Positions 63,668-64,000 of a stretch of DNA of 64,000 nucleotides are shown here, piece after piece. The DNA is from Camelus ferus. Lineage: Eukaryota. How positions within the stretch are numbered: the first letter of the stretch is position 1; every line of letters begins with the position of its first letter. The stretch spans positions 8,248,001 through 8,312,000 of the forward strand of contig NC_045697.1 in assembly GCF_009834535.1 (NCBI RefSeq), in the 5' to 3' direction. The notes below the pieces were generated by a model, which did not search any database, was not told where the DNA came from, and saw only the letters and a list, made by a program, of their open reading frames with translations. Position numbers and translations under genes: made by a program.

Positions 63668-64000
63668 TAAATAGACATTTCTCCAAGAAGACATACAGAT
63701 GGCCAACAGGCACATGAAAACATGCTCAACATCGCTAATTATTAGAGAAACGCAAATCAAACCCACAATGAAGTATCACTTCACACCAGTCAGAATGGCC
63801 ATCATCAAAAAGTCTACAAATAATAAATGCTAGAGAGGCTGTGGAGAAAAGGGAACCCTCCTACGCTGCTGGTGGGAATATAAATTGGTACAGCTACTGT
63901 GGAGAACAGTATGGAGGTTCCTTAAAAAAACTAAAAACAGAGTTACTACATGATCCAGCAATCCCACTTCTGAGCATATATCCAGAGAAAATTCTAAGTG
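63668..64000 (+). mobile_element. L1 ORF2 3' region, runs off the window
   Basis: GAAGACATACAGATGGCCAACAGGCACATGAAAA...GGAGAAAAGGGAACCCTCCTAC. Confidence 0.95.

Noticed and set aside
48740..63700. Two L1 fragments starting near the same ORF2 position (EDIQM)
   Set aside because: Breakpoints differ by about 10 bp and there are only two cases, which is compatible with random truncation.
1..64000. CRISPR arrays, tRNA, rRNA or operon-like systems
   Set aside because: No repeat-spacer periodicity or RNA-gene signature seen; the sequence is mammalian non-coding DNA.

Overview
This is non-coding eutherian mammal DNA (intronic or intergenic), and much of it is transposable-element fossils. No protein-coding exon, RNA gene or CRISPR array can be supported. 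The only ORF-track proteins I recognise are decayed LINE-1 ORF2 pieces and a decayed hAT-Charlie transposase; a LINE-1 ORF1 remnant is also readable by eye. Ancient MIR, L2, L3/CR1, MLT1, LTR16/LTR33, MER20-like and Charlie1 copies are overlaid by younger ERV1 solo LTRs and L1 insertions with cetartiodactyl-type 3' UTRs. I saw no Alu, B1, Bov-A/CHR, PRE-1 or SINEC SINEs, which suggests a camelid (inference, moderate confidence). I did not find a convincing new biological system. The best leads are: (1) a young L1 with a double A-tail, probably a 3' transduction; (2) an L1 whose 5'UTR-ORF1 is fused directly to a 3' tail; (3) a head-to-head pair of ERV1 solo LTRs, one of them a MER41-related mosaic; (4) a MER41-like LTR nested in an L1 with intact TSD; (5) small CpG-dense islands on or beside MIR SINEs; (6) several enhancer-like motif clusters. 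Repeat subfamily names come from recalled consensus sequences rather than a database search, and boundaries of old repeats are approximate.
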